Positions 42,296 to 54,618 of a stretch of 64,000 bases of DNA are shown here, piece after piece. Numbering within the stretch: position 1 is the first letter of the stretch; the number at the start of each line of letters is the position of its first letter. This DNA is from an uncultured Planctomycetota bacterium (GTDB taxonomy: Bacteria > Planctomycetota > Planctomycetia > Isosphaerales > Isosphaeraceae). The position numbers and the translations under genes are program-made. The notes beneath the pieces are model-generated. The model ran no database searches. It saw only the letters and a program-made list of their open reading frames with translations, and was not told where the DNA came from. The stretch spans positions 1,152,001-1,216,000 of the forward strand of contig CAWGMQ010000006.1 in assembly GCA_963823665.1 (NCBI GenBank), given 5' to 3'.

Positions 42296-45200
42296 ATGAA
42301 CGAGGCGCACATCTGCCCGGAATGCTCGACGGAACTTGAAGCAGACTCACCGCTGGGCCTTTGCCCGGCGTGCCTCATGCGGGCCGGACTGTCAGGGCCG
42401 GAGAGCGGGCCCGCGCCCGACGACCTGCTGGAGACCGCCGCGGAGTCGCCCGACCCGCGCTCTCCGCAATCCCCGACGACACTCGAGGAAAGCCGTGACG
42501 GTGCGCCCGGGCCGATCGGAACGATTCGCTACTTCGGCGACTACGAGCTGACCGCCGAGGTCGCCCGCGGCGGGATGGGCGTTGTTTACCGCGCGGTCCA
42601 GCTAAGCCTGAAACGCGCGGTCGCCTTGAAGATGATCCTCGCGGGGTCGCTCGCCTCCGAGACTGACGTCCAGCGGTTTCGGTCGGAGGCCGAGGCGGCC
42701 GCCGGGCTCGATCATCCCCATATCGTGCCGATTTACGAGATTGGCGAGCACCTCGGGCAACAGTACTTCAGCATGCGGTTCATCGAGGGGCGAAGTCTGG
42801 CCCACGATGTTCCCCGGCTTGTGAATGACCCTCGCGCCGCGGCGAGGTTGATGGCCCTCATCGCGCGGGCCGTTCACTACGCCCATCAGCGGGGCATCCT
42901 GCATCGCGATTTGAAGCCGGCCAACATCCTGATTGATCCTGAGGGAGAGCCCCACGTCAGCGACTTCGGGCTGGCCAAGCGGCTGGAGGGAGAAGGCGGC
43001 CTCACGCAGTCCGGCGCGGTGATGGGTACGCCCGCCTACATGCCGCCGGAGCAGGCTTCGCGGTCACGCGGGGCGGTGACCACGGCGAGCGACGTTTACT
43101 CTCTAGGGGCGATCCTTTACGAGCTAGTGTCGGGGCGACCGCCGTTCAAAGCAGATTCTGTGACGGATACCCTGCTTCAGGTTCTCGAAAAAGAACCGGC
43201 GCATCCGCGGCTTTTCAATCCCAAGGCGGACCGTGACCTGGCGACGATCGCACTGAAATGCCTCAGCAAGGATCCGGACCGTCGATACGGCTCTGCCGAT
43301 GCCCTGGCCGAAGACCTCGAACGCTACGGCCGCGGCGAGCCGATCGTCGCGCGGGCGGTGTCGCCGGTTGAGCGGGCCGTCAAGTGGGCGCGACGGCGGC
43401 CGGCGGTTGCGGCCCTGGCCGCGACGGTGTGGATCATGGCGGCCACTGGCGTTACGGCGGTGAGCTGGCAATGGCGCGAGGCGGTTGCAGCGAGGGAAAA
43501 CGCTCAGAAAATGGCCGAGGCCGAGAGGAAAGCGAAGGATGAGGCCGTTGTCCTCCAGGGCAAGGAATCCGCCGAGAAGGCCAGGGCCTTGGCCGAGCGC
43601 GACGCCAAGGAGGTTGCCCTGAACCGCGCCGAAGGCCTGCGGCTGACAACCGAGGCGGCGGCGGTCCGTCAAAATGATCCCGCACTCGGCGTCTTGCTGG
43701 CGATCGAGGCGGTGCGCCGCGTGCCGAACCGGATCACGTTCAACGTCATGTACGACGCGCTCGCCGGTCTCCGCGAAGTGCGCACGCTCACCCCCGAGTT
43801 CGACGACTACTTCCGACGGCGCTCGCCCAAGCCGGCGATCACCGCGGCTGCACTGAGCCCCGACGGACTGACGGTGGTGGCCGCCACGGCCTCGGGCACA
43901 CTTCACGCGTGGGACGCCGCGACCGGCGGCCGCAAAGCCTTTAACCGCGGTCTTGGAATGCCGGTCGCGGGCATTGTTTTTAGCCCCGACAGTCTGCGCT
44001 TTCTCACGTTCCACACTGGCTATGACCGACTCGGCCATGGCGATGGCCGACGATACATTTATACCGACCGCGTGATCCATGTGTGGGAGACGGCAACCGC
44101 CAAGGAAATACTCCGGATTCGCGGCCATCAGAGCCGGGTCTGCTCGGCCGAGTTCAGCGCCGACGGCTCGAAGATCCTCTCTGCCGGCTGGGACAGTACC
44201 GCTCGGATCTTTGACACACACACCGGGGCGCAGCAGGCGAGCTTCACGGTGCCGGAGCAAACACCCCTCCTGGCCCGCTTCGCCCCTGACGGCAAGACCG
44301 CGGTATACGTTGTGACCAATTATCTATCGGGAACGGAGTACGAGTTGAATGGGATCAAGGATCCGGCATTGATCGATCCCGACATTCCGCACGGTGTTGA
44401 GATTGAGGCCTATGGGGGCGGATTCAGCACGGGGCAGCAAGGCTTCGTTGACGAAGAGAAGGCGAAGACGGTTGCGCGCATCTTTGACGCCTCGACCGGC
44501 AAGCAAGTCGCGGCATTTTTGACTTCCCAGGCAAAAGTGCTTGGGCCCGGTGATGACTGGCACCCGACCTGTGCGGCTTTCAGCCCGGAAGGCGTGCTCG
44601 CAATCGGTTTCGCCCAGAACGCCGTTTTCTTCTGGGACACGGCCGTGGGTGGCCCCGGAGAGTACGAGGAAACAAAGGATTCGGTCGTTGCGATCGCATT
44701 CCGCGAGAACGGTAAGTTCCTGGACGCCGTCCTTGCCGATGGGACGGCCAATGAGTGGGCCATCCCCTCCGGCAGTGTGCGAGCCCTCGAGAGCAACAAA
44801 GCCGCCCACGTGACCCTGGCTGCTTTCGACGCCACCGCCGATCGCCGGATTGTGGTCTCGGACGACCTCGTGGTTGACGTGACGATGTTGGCGCAGGAGC
44901 CCGTCGTGCCGCCGCTGAAGGGGCATAACGGCCCAATCGTCGCGGCCGCGATCTCTCGCAACGGCCGCCGGGTGATGACCGCGGGCGACACGACCGTCCG
45001 GCTCTGGGATACTCTCGCCTTCGCGGATCCGGCGATTGTGCTTGAGAGCAATGGCGTTCGATGGCTAGCTTATGACTCCACTGGCGGTCGCGTTCTGGGG
45101 CTCGGCGGCAACGGGTCAGCCCGAATCTGGGACGCCGAGACGGGCAAAGAGATACGAGCAATCGGTAATTTCAAGGCGCTCGGCGAGCTCCAGTCCGCCC

Positions 45201-48200
45201 GGTTCGATCCCGATGGTGCTCGTATCGTCACGGCCGCGCGCGGCGCAAGCATCGTGGTGGATGGCAAGGAGGTCAACTCGTCCGCGGTTCACGTCTGGAA
45301 CGCGGCGACGGGCGCGGAGATCGTGGTGCTGCGCGATCACCGAATCGACGCAACGGACGCTCGATTTCTCGGCGATGGACCGCGGTTGCTCACGATATCA
45401 GAGGGGTCTCGCACTTCGTACACCTGGGATTCCAATGGGAATCGCAAGGTCAGCGAAGCCAGCGACGACGACACCGGATTGACCCGGATCTGGAACGCCG
45501 CCAGCGGCGCCCTCGAGGTCACGCTTCGCGGGGCCGTTTCACGCGACATCGCGCCGGCCGTCAGTGCCGACGGCCGCCGAATCGTCGTCGTGTACGAGAG
45601 TGAGCAGGATCTCCACCTGGTGGATGCCAATTCCGGCAATGACATCGCCGTCTTGAAGGGACACCACGCGAAGATCACTTCGGCTGCCTTCAGTCCGGAT
45701 GGGCGTCGCGTCGTGACGACCGATCAGGAAGGGGTGGCAATGCTCTGGGACGGCGCGACCGGCGAATTCCTGGCCACGTTCGACAAGTTCGAGACGGCCT
45801 GCCAGGGATCGGCGTTTGACCCCGACTCAAAGACCCTCGCCATCATCGCCGGCCCTTCGGTATACCTTTTCGACGCAGCTACCCGCTTACCAGGCAAGGC
45901 GCTGCGCGGACACGAAGGGCTGGTCACGGCGGTCGCCTTCAGCCCCGACGGCTCGCGGCTTCTCACCGGCTCTCGCGACAAGCTGGCAGCACTGTGGGAC
46001 GTCGCATCGGGCAAGCCACTGGCCTACTACCGCGGCCATTCCGGACCGATCACCCAGGTGACCTATCGGCCCGACGGCCGCCAGGTGGCGACAACTTCCG
46101 AGGACGGCACGGCGCGGCTCTGGCCGGTCGACTTGATCTCCGCCATCGAGCGATTCAGGCCCCGCGAGCTCACGGCCGAGGAACGCCGGCGCTTCGAGCT
46201 CGCCTCACTCGAGTCCGCGAGCGACGACTCGCCGAGGCTCACCATATCTCCGGCGCCCGGCACGCCGATCGGGGGGCGCCGGCCGATCGCGGCACCGCCA
46301 GCCCCTGCGCTCGTCGAGGCCGGGGCCGCCGCTCTGCGGAGACTGCTCGGTGATCCTGAGGCCGCGAGTGCTCCAGACCGTCGGGCGCTGCTCGACGTCA
46401 TCGCGGCTAATCCCGCAACGCCCGCCTCGAGCGAGGCAGCCTCGCGATTGGCAACATCGAAATCACCGCCCGATGCTCTGAACATCAACAAGATCCCGGT
46501 CTCGGAGCGATTCCCGTTCCAGCCAAAAGAGTCTCGTGGCAGTACTTGGTGAGCACCGCGGCCGGCACTGGGGCTTGATCAGGCAGATCCGTTTGAGCCC
46601 AGACGGTTCTCTGGTCGCGACCCGTGGCACTGATCGAACGATCCGGCTCTGGGATTCCATGACGCTCGAGGCCAGGGGTGAGATCTCGCCAGGGAACGGT
46701 AGCTCAGCGACAGACGTTGCATTTATTCCCAGCGGCAAGACGCTCGTGACAGCCAGCGACACCGCGGTTGAGTTCTGGGACGTTTCCTCCAGTCCGCCGA
46801 GGATCGTGCGCTCGATCCAGGGGGGCGCGACGAGCTTGGCGCTCTCTGCTGACGGAGCTCGGCTGGCCGCGGGCGATCGCGGCAAGCTCGTCCGCCTTTG
46901 GGACCTCGGCGCCGGCGAGCCCGTTGAGCGGCCGCCCGTGCTCTTGAGCCAGGGCGAGTCAGTGAGCGAGTGCCTGTCGGCCGATGGTCGTTCCGTCCTC
47001 GTTCTTGACAATCAACACCGTGTGGAGATTTTCGACCTCACCGATCGAGTGCCCAAACTGCGTCTGACCATCCCCGGTGAGCACCAACCTCTGGGCGGAA
47101 GGATACTCTCGGCTGATGGTAAGACGGCCGTAACGTTCGCGGACTGGCGGCTTCATTTCTGGGATGTCGCCGGCGACAAAGCCAGGGAGATCAACTCGGT
47201 GCAATCACCCATCGGGTGGATCAATGCCGCCGAGTTTGATGCGTCGGGAGCGAAGCTGCTGTGTTCCGCGGGCGGCGGACTGGTGCTCTGGGACGTGCCG
47301 GATGCCCGCGTCGCGATCACGATTCCCGCGTATCTCCATCGGGGCGACGGCGTCGCGATTGCGCCCGACGGCAAGACTGTGTTCGCCTCGTCCGGGCCGT
47401 TGCTACGCCGCTGGGAGATCTCGGGCTCGAAGGCGGAAGCGCGCCCCGCCCCTTCAGGGCACATGCAGCGCGTGTGGTCTCTCTCGTTTCACCCGGATTG
47501 CCACACGCTCGCCTCTGCCGCGACCGACGGCGTGCGCATCTGGGATCTCGCAGGGCCAGCTCCAAGGGAGCGTCGTGCGCTCAACGATGGCGGCTGGACG
47601 GTCCGGTTCTCCCCCGACGGTCGCACGCTGTTCACGGGCGTCCAGTCGGGCAGATTGTGGCAGATCGCCGGAGACACGTATAGCGGCCCGACGGCGCTGG
47701 CGGGGCATTCACGAGCCCCCATCGGGGCGGCATTCAGCCACGACGGCTCGCTGCTGGCGACCGGGAGCTTCCAACCCAACCTGCGGATCTTTGCTCGCGA
47801 GGGATTGAGTTATCGGCCGCAGCTTGAGCTCGAGCCGGATGATTGGCTCAAGAGCGTGGACTCGCTCAGCTTCTCCCCGGGTGGCTCTCTGCTGGCGGCC
47901 GGCCGGCGTGGGGGCCACCGCTGGCTTCGGCTGTGGCGGGTCGAGGGGACGAAGCTCGAAGAGCTGCTCATCCCCAAGATCGATGCGCGTCAGGTCGCGT
48001 TCTCGCCGGATGGTTTGACACTGGCTTACGCCGATAGCGGCCAGGACATTCACTTACTCGACCTGGCTCGCGCGTCGCTGGCGGAGCGGGCCGTGCTCAA
48101 GGGGCACGGTCTGCCGGGTGCGCCGCAAGTGGTATGCGACGTGGCGTTTGATCTCACCGGGGCACGGCTCGTTTCCTCGGGACAGGACGGGCGAGTGATT

Positions 48201-48368
48201 CTCTGGAACGCCGCGGATGGCACGAAGCTGGCGCAGTGGCAGCTTGCCGGTCCCGTCGAAGCCGTCGCGTTCGCGAACGACGGCCGGCATCTCGCGGTGG
48301 GTAATGCGAACGGGACCGTCTACATCCTTCGCGTTTCACCGACTGGCGGCCGCGGGCGGGCTCAGTGA
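42296..48368 (+). CDS. Ser/Thr protein kinase with TM helix and multiple WD40 propellers (~2020 aa; frameshift near 46535)
   Basis: [44 protein letters not shown]; many GH..FSPDG..W(D/N) repeats continuing in ORF 46536..48368. Confidence 0.9.
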
Positions 48369-49703
48369 TCTGAGGAACGCCTGGACCCGTAGTCGTTCGC
48401 TGGGAAGCAGCTTGAAGTACCGCTCCGCGGGCTGTCTTGCTTGGCCTCCGTGCAGCGCAACGGCTTCTTCCAGGTTTTTCGCCCGGCCGTCGTGCAGGTA
48501 TGGCGCCGAGTCGCGGAACCCCCAGAGGGGCGGCGTCCGCCATTCCTGCTTCTTCACACCGTCCTTCGAAGGCGACGAATCGGGCTCGGTGATCCCGTAG
48601 TAGCTGCCCGAGTCAGATAGCGCCGGGCCCATGTCGTGCAAGAGCAGATCGCTGTAGATGCCGTCGACATCACCGAGGGAGGGTCGATGACAGGCGGCGC
48701 AGCCGGTGGATTCGAACATGGCTCGGCCATCCGCAATGGCCGGTGATTCCCGCGGCATGCTCGCTACGCCTCCCTTCGGGGCGCCCAGATCCCTCACGTA
48801 GGATACCAGGGCGTCGCACTCTGTCTGCGTCAGGTCGAGGCCTTTGGCCGTTGCGTCCGGCTCGAGCGGCGAGGCGGCCTGGTGATGGCCGGGGACCTCC
48901 AGACCGAGCTCGTTGGCACAGGCCGAGAGAACGAACTCGCGGAGGTTAGGCGTCTCGGCCTTCCACCCGAAGCGGCCGATACGGCCATCCTTGAGGCGGT
49001 TGACACGACCCCGGATTTCGCGGAACTCGAAGAATCTCGTTTCCTCGTCTTCGGCGGCAAGCAGGGTTTGGTCCGAGATTGCGTCGATGCGCCCCACACC
49101 GAATAACGCCGGTGGATTGCGCTGCGAGAGCACCAATCCATTCGAGACGCGGGATGCTCCGCTCGATCGCGACTGGAGAAGAGAAGGTCCGAGGCTGACC
49201 AGCATCTGGACTTGCGCGATCTCGGTTCCAGCCGATTCGGCCATGTGCGCGATACGGTCGTTGAACAGCAAACTCAGGCGTTTCCGCGTGTATTCGGGAT
49301 CAACCCCGTACCGGTGCAGAACGATGCTCTGCGATGTCTTGAAGCCAGGGTGCAAGCCGGCAGGCTTGTCCGCATTTCGCCCAGATAAGGGCGCCGTCAA
49401 GATGTCGACATTCGTGCTCGTGGGCCCTCCCCCACCGGGACCGCCTTGGTAGTGACAGGCGACGCACGAAGTCTCGTTATAGACCGGCCCGAGGCCGTCG
49501 CCGCCTGCGCCCTTCGCGTCGGCGGGCAGCCATTCCCGCGTGAAGAGCTCGGCTCCTTGCATCAAGACTTCTTTTTTTGGTGGATCGTCGCCGGCCCAGG
49601 CGAAAGCTACAGCGACAACTCCAACTGCGCCGATGGCCGCCATCCCCTCAAGAACGCCGCGCCATCGCGGGCGGCACTTGCCGGTCCATTTGCGTTTTGA
49701 CAT
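48336..49703 (-). CDS. Di-heme oxidoreductase (DHOR) family cytochrome c protein
   Basis: GDGLGPVYNETSCVACH, GRFGWKA, CAACH, SDLLLHDMG, EWRTPPLWG, YLHDGRA. Confidence 0.92.
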   Translation of the reverse strand: MSKRKWTGKCRPRWRGVLEGMAAIGAVGVVAVAFAWAGDDPPKKEVLMQGAELFTREWLPADAKGAGGDGLGPVYNETSCVACHYQGGPGGGGPTSTNVDILTAPLSGRNADKPAGLHPGFKTSQSIVLHRYGVDPEYTRKRLSLLFNDRIAHMAESAGTEIAQVQMLVSLGPSLLQSRSSGASRVSNGLVLSQRNPPALFGVGRIDAISDQTLLAAEDEETRFFEFREIRGRVNRLKDGRIGRFGWKAETPNLREFVLSACANELGLEVPGHHQAASPLEPDATAKGLDLTQTECDALVSYVRDLGAPKGGVASMPRESPAIADGRAMFESTGCAACHRPSLGDVDGIYSDLLLHDMGPALSDSGSYYGITEPDSSPSKDGVKKQEWRTPPLWGFRDSAPYLHDGRAKNLEEAVALHGGQARQPAERYFKLLPSERLRVQAFLRSLSPPAAASR

Positions 49704-49924
49704 CGCAGGCTCCACGACAGACGCAACGCGTGTACCAGGTTCCCGCACCGTTCGACTCTAATCATTCGCACAGTTGCAGTCCATACATGTTGGTTCGTAG
49801 GCAGCGGATCCTCCGTAGCTGCCGTCGGCATCTCACCGGACAGCGCCCTGGGCACTCCGAGCCGAGTCAGCTCCTGCCGCCGCAAGCCGATAGATGTGCA
49901 CTGTAGAGATAAGGCGCAGAACGC

Positions 49925-51022
49925 TCATTGCGGGCGCCGGTGCTGCGCGGGCCCCCGGGGCGTTTCCCCTTGCGCATCTCCCGGGCTCGCGCTGTGGAAA
50001 AAGTCCGTCATTTGCGTCCGGCCGGCCTCCGCTGACGGCGCACCCCCCTCCTTCGCCCGCTCGGCCCGGACCTCGCTACGCGCTTTGTCGAGAATCGCGA
50101 AAAGGCGGCTATAAGCCTTTCGTTCCTCGGGCGTGGTCGCCTCCCCGAAGCGAAGGTTGTAAGCGTGCATGAAGCCCAGCAAATTCGCGAGCGAGGTGTC
50201 CGTCACCTTCCCTAGCGCGGCGATGGCCGGTCTGAGGTCCGCCGACTTCCTCACCGCCACGAGCGCCAAAGAGGTTTTCAAGAAACTCACGGCTTCGATC
50301 TGGTCGCGGAGATGCTCAAGCGGCTGGGTCGCCAGCTTGGCGCGGAGCGAGCTCAAGAACTCCCGGGCCTCGTCCAGGGTCTTCTCCGATACCTCGCCTG
50401 CGTCGTCCTCTCTCCTCATCTGCGCGACGAGGCGATCGAACGTTTTCTTTGCATCGGCAAAGTGCTCCTCCGGGAACGCCTGCGGCCATTTGACGTTGCC
50501 GCGCAGCTCGTCGAGCATGAAGTTCACTCGCTCCGAACGACTCCGGAACGGGACAAGAGCGATCAAACTCGCCGCAGCCGGAGCCTTCGCCGCGCGCGCG
50601 GCCAGAGGGCCGAGCTCGGGGTCGCTGAGATCGTCGAGGGCGACGTTGAGCGCGTCGCCGTTTTCGACCTGGCGCACGGTCGGATTCTCACGGAGCTGCT
50701 TGAGTAATGATTCATACTTCCGCTTCAGCTCCTGGCTCTTTCGGTACTGCATGAGCTGCTTGTAATCGACCACACACGAACTGCGCCAAGCGTACTGGTT
50801 GAATCTCGCGACGAGATCCGCCCTGACGTTCTTATCGTAGCTCAGGATCCCGGCGCCCATCGCGTGATGGGCGGGTTCCGCGGCAGCGCTGGCGGTTGGC
50901 TTTGCATCCCACCCATTCCATAGCCAACCGCCGTGATCCCACTGGGCGCGGGCATCGCCCGCGGTCATGGGCAGAACCAAGCCCAAGGCCACCGCTGCCA
51001 ATCTCATGCGACTGAGCATCAT
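49925..51022 (-). CDS. Hypothetical exported protein
   Basis: RBS GGAGG, signal peptide ..ARA-Q, helical body with VENGDALN and LLGFMHAYNLRFG. Confidence 0.7.
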   Translation of the reverse strand: MMLSRMRLAAVALGLVLPMTAGDARAQWDHGGWLWNGWDAKPTASAAAEPAHHAMGAGILSYDKNVRADLVARFNQYAWRSSCVVDYKQLMQYRKSQELKRKYESLLKQLRENPTVRQVENGDALNVALDDLSDPELGPLAARAAKAPAAASLIALVPFRSRSERVNFMLDELRGNVKWPQAFPEEHFADAKKTFDRLVAQMRREDDAGEVSEKTLDEAREFLSSLRAKLATQPLEHLRDQIEAVSFLKTSLALVAVRKSADLRPAIAALGKVTDTSLANLLGFMHAYNLRFGEATTPEERKAYSRLFAILDKARSEVRAERAKEGGAPSAEAGRTQMTDFFHSASPGDAQGETPRGPAQHRRPQ

Positions 51023-51306
51023 CAGCCTCCCCACGCCCAAGAGAGTGCGCCTGACGTACCGAGAAGACGAACGGACGAACAACCGTCTCAGGAAGATGTC
51101 CGTTTCGAGACTGATTGTGACATCGCGCCGTTGATTTGTGAATCTGGCCCAAGCAATGCGACACCTGGCTTCAGGCTCAGGGTTTTGTAGTGTAGACTCG
51201 CATGGCTGAACCTCGTGGTGGCGCATGCCGTATCAGCATGACCTCAAGCATTGGCTGGCAGGCGACTACGCGACGGTGATTCTTCCAACTGCGGCGGAGG
51301 GAAAAC

Positions 51307-53405
51307 ATGGTCCACCTACTGCTCATCTGTTGTGTGATGCTGGGCGACGACGCCAAGCCCGCCGCGGCGAACGCGAATGATCGGATTGCTTACGAAGCGG
51401 CTCAGAAGAAGGTGGGTCAAAACCCCGCGGCGCACGTGCAGCTTGCCCTGTGGTGCGAAGTGCACGGCATGCCGGTTCAGCGCGAAAAGCACCTGAAGCT
51501 CGCGGTCGCACTTGAACCGGGCAATTCGCTGGCGAGGGGCCTGATGGGCCTGGTGGCCTTCAAGGGGGCGTGGGCCAAGCCCGGTCAGGTCGAGCAGGAG
51601 ACGCAGAACGACCGCAAGTTCCAGGCGATCTTTCGCGAATACCTCGACCGTCGTGCGCGGACGCCCCAGAAGGCCGACGCTCAACTTCGGCTCGCCGCAT
51701 GGTGCGTAGAAAACGGCCTGAAGGAAGAGGCGATGGTTCACTACCACGTCGTCACGCGGATCGATCCTTCACGCGACATCGCCTGGATCAAGCTCGGCAA
51801 CAAGAAGCACAAGGACCGCTGGAACAAGCCCGCGGATCTGGCAACCCAGAAGCTTGAGGCCGATCTTCAGAAGCACGCGGACGTGCAGTGGAAGTCGCGA
51901 CTCGACAAGCTGCGCGACGGACTGGAAAGCAAGGTAGAAACTCGCCGGCTGAAAGCGGAACATGAGCTGAATGAGATCACCGATCCCCGCGCCGTGCCGA
52001 TGATCTGGAAGACGTTTGGCGCCGGCGGCGAGAAGTTGCAGCTCGTTACCGTCGAATTGCTTTCACATATTGACGGGCCGTCGGCCTCGTTCTTCCTGGC
52101 GGTGCTGGCGCTCGAGGGGAAGTCGCCGGCCGTCACCGGGCGGGCCGCGCTGGCCGTGGCGCGCGCGATCCGCGGGACGTGATCGGCCGGCTGATCGGTC
52201 TGGTTCACCGGACCTACAAGTATCAGATCGTGCCGGGAGCGGGGCCCGGATCGACCGCCGCGCTCATGGTTGATGGGGAAAAATTCGACATGCGGCGGCT
52301 GTACCGGTTTCCGGACATGGACGTCCGCCTGACTCCGCCGATGTACATCCTCACCGACATCGCGATCGGCAGCGCGAACTCACTCAATGGCCAGCAAGGA
52401 GCCAAGCTCGCCGCGCTCAGCTACGAGCTGAACATCGCTCTCGCCGAGCAGCGGCAAATGATGATTGTCGAGGCCGAGCGGGAAACTATCCAGATGAACC
52501 AGGCCGTCGAGCGGCGGCTCGAAAACGATGTGACGATGCTCGAGCGGGCCAACGTCCAGATCGACGAGGGCAACAACCGCGTGCTGCCTTTACTCGAAAC
52601 CCTCACCGGCCAGACGCTGGGAGCCGATCCGGATCAATGGCGCAAGTGGTGGACCGAGCAGCTCGGTTATGTCTACGAAGATCGATATTCCAGTAAGCCC
52701 ACGCTGACCGACTCGGTGGCGGTTCCCGATCTCACCGTGGTTGCCCCGATCGCCGTCGTGGGAATCGCGCCGCACAGCGCGTGCTTTGCTGCCGGCACGC
52801 TGGTCCACACCATGGATGGCGAGCGGAAGATTGAATCGATCGCCGCTGGTGACCGCGTGCTCGCTCAGGACACACACACCGGCACACTATCGTTCCAGCC
52901 CGTGCTCGCCACGCATCGCAACGGCCCGTCGAAGACGCTGCGAATCGCAATCGGCAAAGAGTCGATTGTGGCCACCGGCATTCACCGGTTCTGGATAGCT
53001 GGGAAAGGCTGGACGATGGCTCGCGACCTGAAAGCCGGCGATTCGCTGCGGATGATCGGGGGCACGGCGATAGTTGAGTCGGTCGAGCAGGACGAAACGC
53101 AGTTGGTGTACAACCTCACGGTCGCGGCAGACGGCGATTTTCTTGTCGGAAGTGCGGGACTTCTGGTGCACGACTACGGTTTCGTGCTGCCGGTTGCAGA
53201 GCCGTTCGACCGGCGGGGGCGGTCACGGCAACACCACATCCTTGAATTCGAATTCGAGCGGAACCGTGATCACGCGGCTGGGGGTTTCGTAGACGAGCTG
53301 GTAGTCGGACGGTTTTCCCGGGGCGTCGACGAAGAGGTATTCGAAGCTGAGCTTGCCGCCGTCGGAGCCGGTGTTGGAAAACCCGCCGTTGTGCTCGAAC
53401 CTTGA
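51307..53405 (+). CDS. Exported helical/HEAT-repeat protein with C-terminal polymorphic-toxin-type HINT domain (frameshift near 52165; true 3' end uncertain, ~53220-53405)
   Basis: LALWCE / LAAWC repeats, DPRAVP, LETLTGQTLG..WRKWW, then SACFAAGTLVHT..GDRVLA..HRFW..ARDLKAGD..VYNLTV..LVHD. Confidence 0.88.
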
Positions 53406-54584
53406 GCCGTCGGAGTGCTGCAGCCAGAGCCGGTTGTTGAAGAGGCCCTGGCGATAGCTCTCGAAGGCCGGTCCTTCGCCGGGGTAGTTCAGGGTGATGT
53501 GCACCTTCCAGACTTGTTCCTCGACTTCGGTATCCTCGAGCGTCAAGCCCACGTCACCTTGCTTGATGGTCACGTCCTTCTGCGCCAGGCTGGGGAATTT
53601 GAACGTCTTGATTCCTGCCGGAATGGTCATTTCCGCCTTCACCTTGAGCGAGGCCAGCTTCTTGGCGTCGCGCTCGGGGGCAGCCAGGTTGAGATTGATC
53701 TCGGCCGAGGGGTTTTCGGGCCGGACCACGACCTCGTCGGCCTCCATGTTGACCTGGGCGGCGACTTCCTTCTTCCGGTCGTCGGTGATCTTCAAGTTCT
53801 CGTAATTGAGCTTCAACAGCATCGGGCGCAGCCGCGGCTCCCAGGCGGCTTCGAGCTGAAGGTTGGCGGTTGCGGCACCGGTGGTGAAGTCGCGGTTGAT
53901 GGCGAGGCTCTTGAGCTCGACGCGGAACGGGCCGGTGTAGAGCACCATCGGCTTGTAGTCCTTGGGAGGCGCGGGCTTGTTCGGCGCCTCGTCCATCGAG
54001 CCGCCGGCCATGATGCCGATCGTGCCGTCGCCGGTTGAATAGGTCGTGGTGACCCCCGCCAGGCGCGCAATCTCATCGAGCGCTTCAAAGAAGCTCTTGC
54101 CGGCGATATCGAGATCGATCGCGGGATTGGTGACCTCGGCCCCAAGCTGCTCGCGCATGTCGGTGATGCCGTTTCCCGATTGTTTTTGAAGCTGCTGGAT
54201 CGCTTCGCTCAACCGGATGCCCTTCCCCTTGATCGTGATCTTGGTTGCGGCGGTGGTGTTGTCCGGCTCCATGTCCTTGATGGCCGCGCGGATCTTCTCG
54301 AGGCGGCTTTTTCGTTCGGGTGTCTTGGCGGTCGCGGAGTCGGGAAGAAGGGTCAAGATCTTGGGCCCGAGCTTGATGAGCGCTGCCTGCGCCGCGTCTT
54401 GCGCCGGCTTCTCGGCTGCGTCCAGGCGTTCGACGAGCTGCAGCACGCGATCGCGCAGCGCGGCATCCCCCCCCTGCCCCAGAGAAGAGACAGATGGGAT
54501 CGTGAAGACCAGACAGAAGCAGAAAATCGAAAGAGCGATGGGGTACATTTGGGCTTGGAATTCACGATTCGAGCCAGGTCGCAT
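53223..54584 (-). CDS. Hypothetical exported protein with HEAT-like and STN-like segments
   Basis: Signal-like hydrophobic N-terminus; LVERLDA..AALIKLGP; KITIKGKGIRLSEAIQQLQKQSG; PLEFEFKDVVLP terminus. Confidence 0.75.
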   Translation of the reverse strand: MRPGSNREFQAQMYPIALSIFCFCLVFTIPSVSSLGQGGDAALRDRVLQLVERLDAAEKPAQDAAQAALIKLGPKILTLLPDSATAKTPERKSRLEKIRAAIKDMEPDNTTAATKITIKGKGIRLSEAIQQLQKQSGNGITDMREQLGAEVTNPAIDLDIAGKSFFEALDEIARLAGVTTTYSTGDGTIGIMAGGSMDEAPNKPAPPKDYKPMVLYTGPFRVELKSLAINRDFTTGAATANLQLEAAWEPRLRPMLLKLNYENLKITDDRKKEVAAQVNMEADEVVVRPENPSAEINLNLAAPERDAKKLASLKVKAEMTIPAGIKTFKFPSLAQKDVTIKQGDVGLTLEDTEVEEQVWKVHITLNYPGEGPAFESYRQGLFNNRLWLQHSDGSRFEHNGGFSNTGSDGGKLSFEYLFVDAPGKPSDYQLVYETPSRVITVPLEFEFKDVVLP

Positions 54585-54618
54585 CTTTGTGTCTCCAATT
54601 GCGGGTAAAGGAGTGAAG

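Noticed and set aside
51307..53405. Classical polymorphic toxin-immunity locus or mobile intein
   Set aside because: No toxin domain, immunity gene or homing endonuclease is present, and the terminal Asn is absent.
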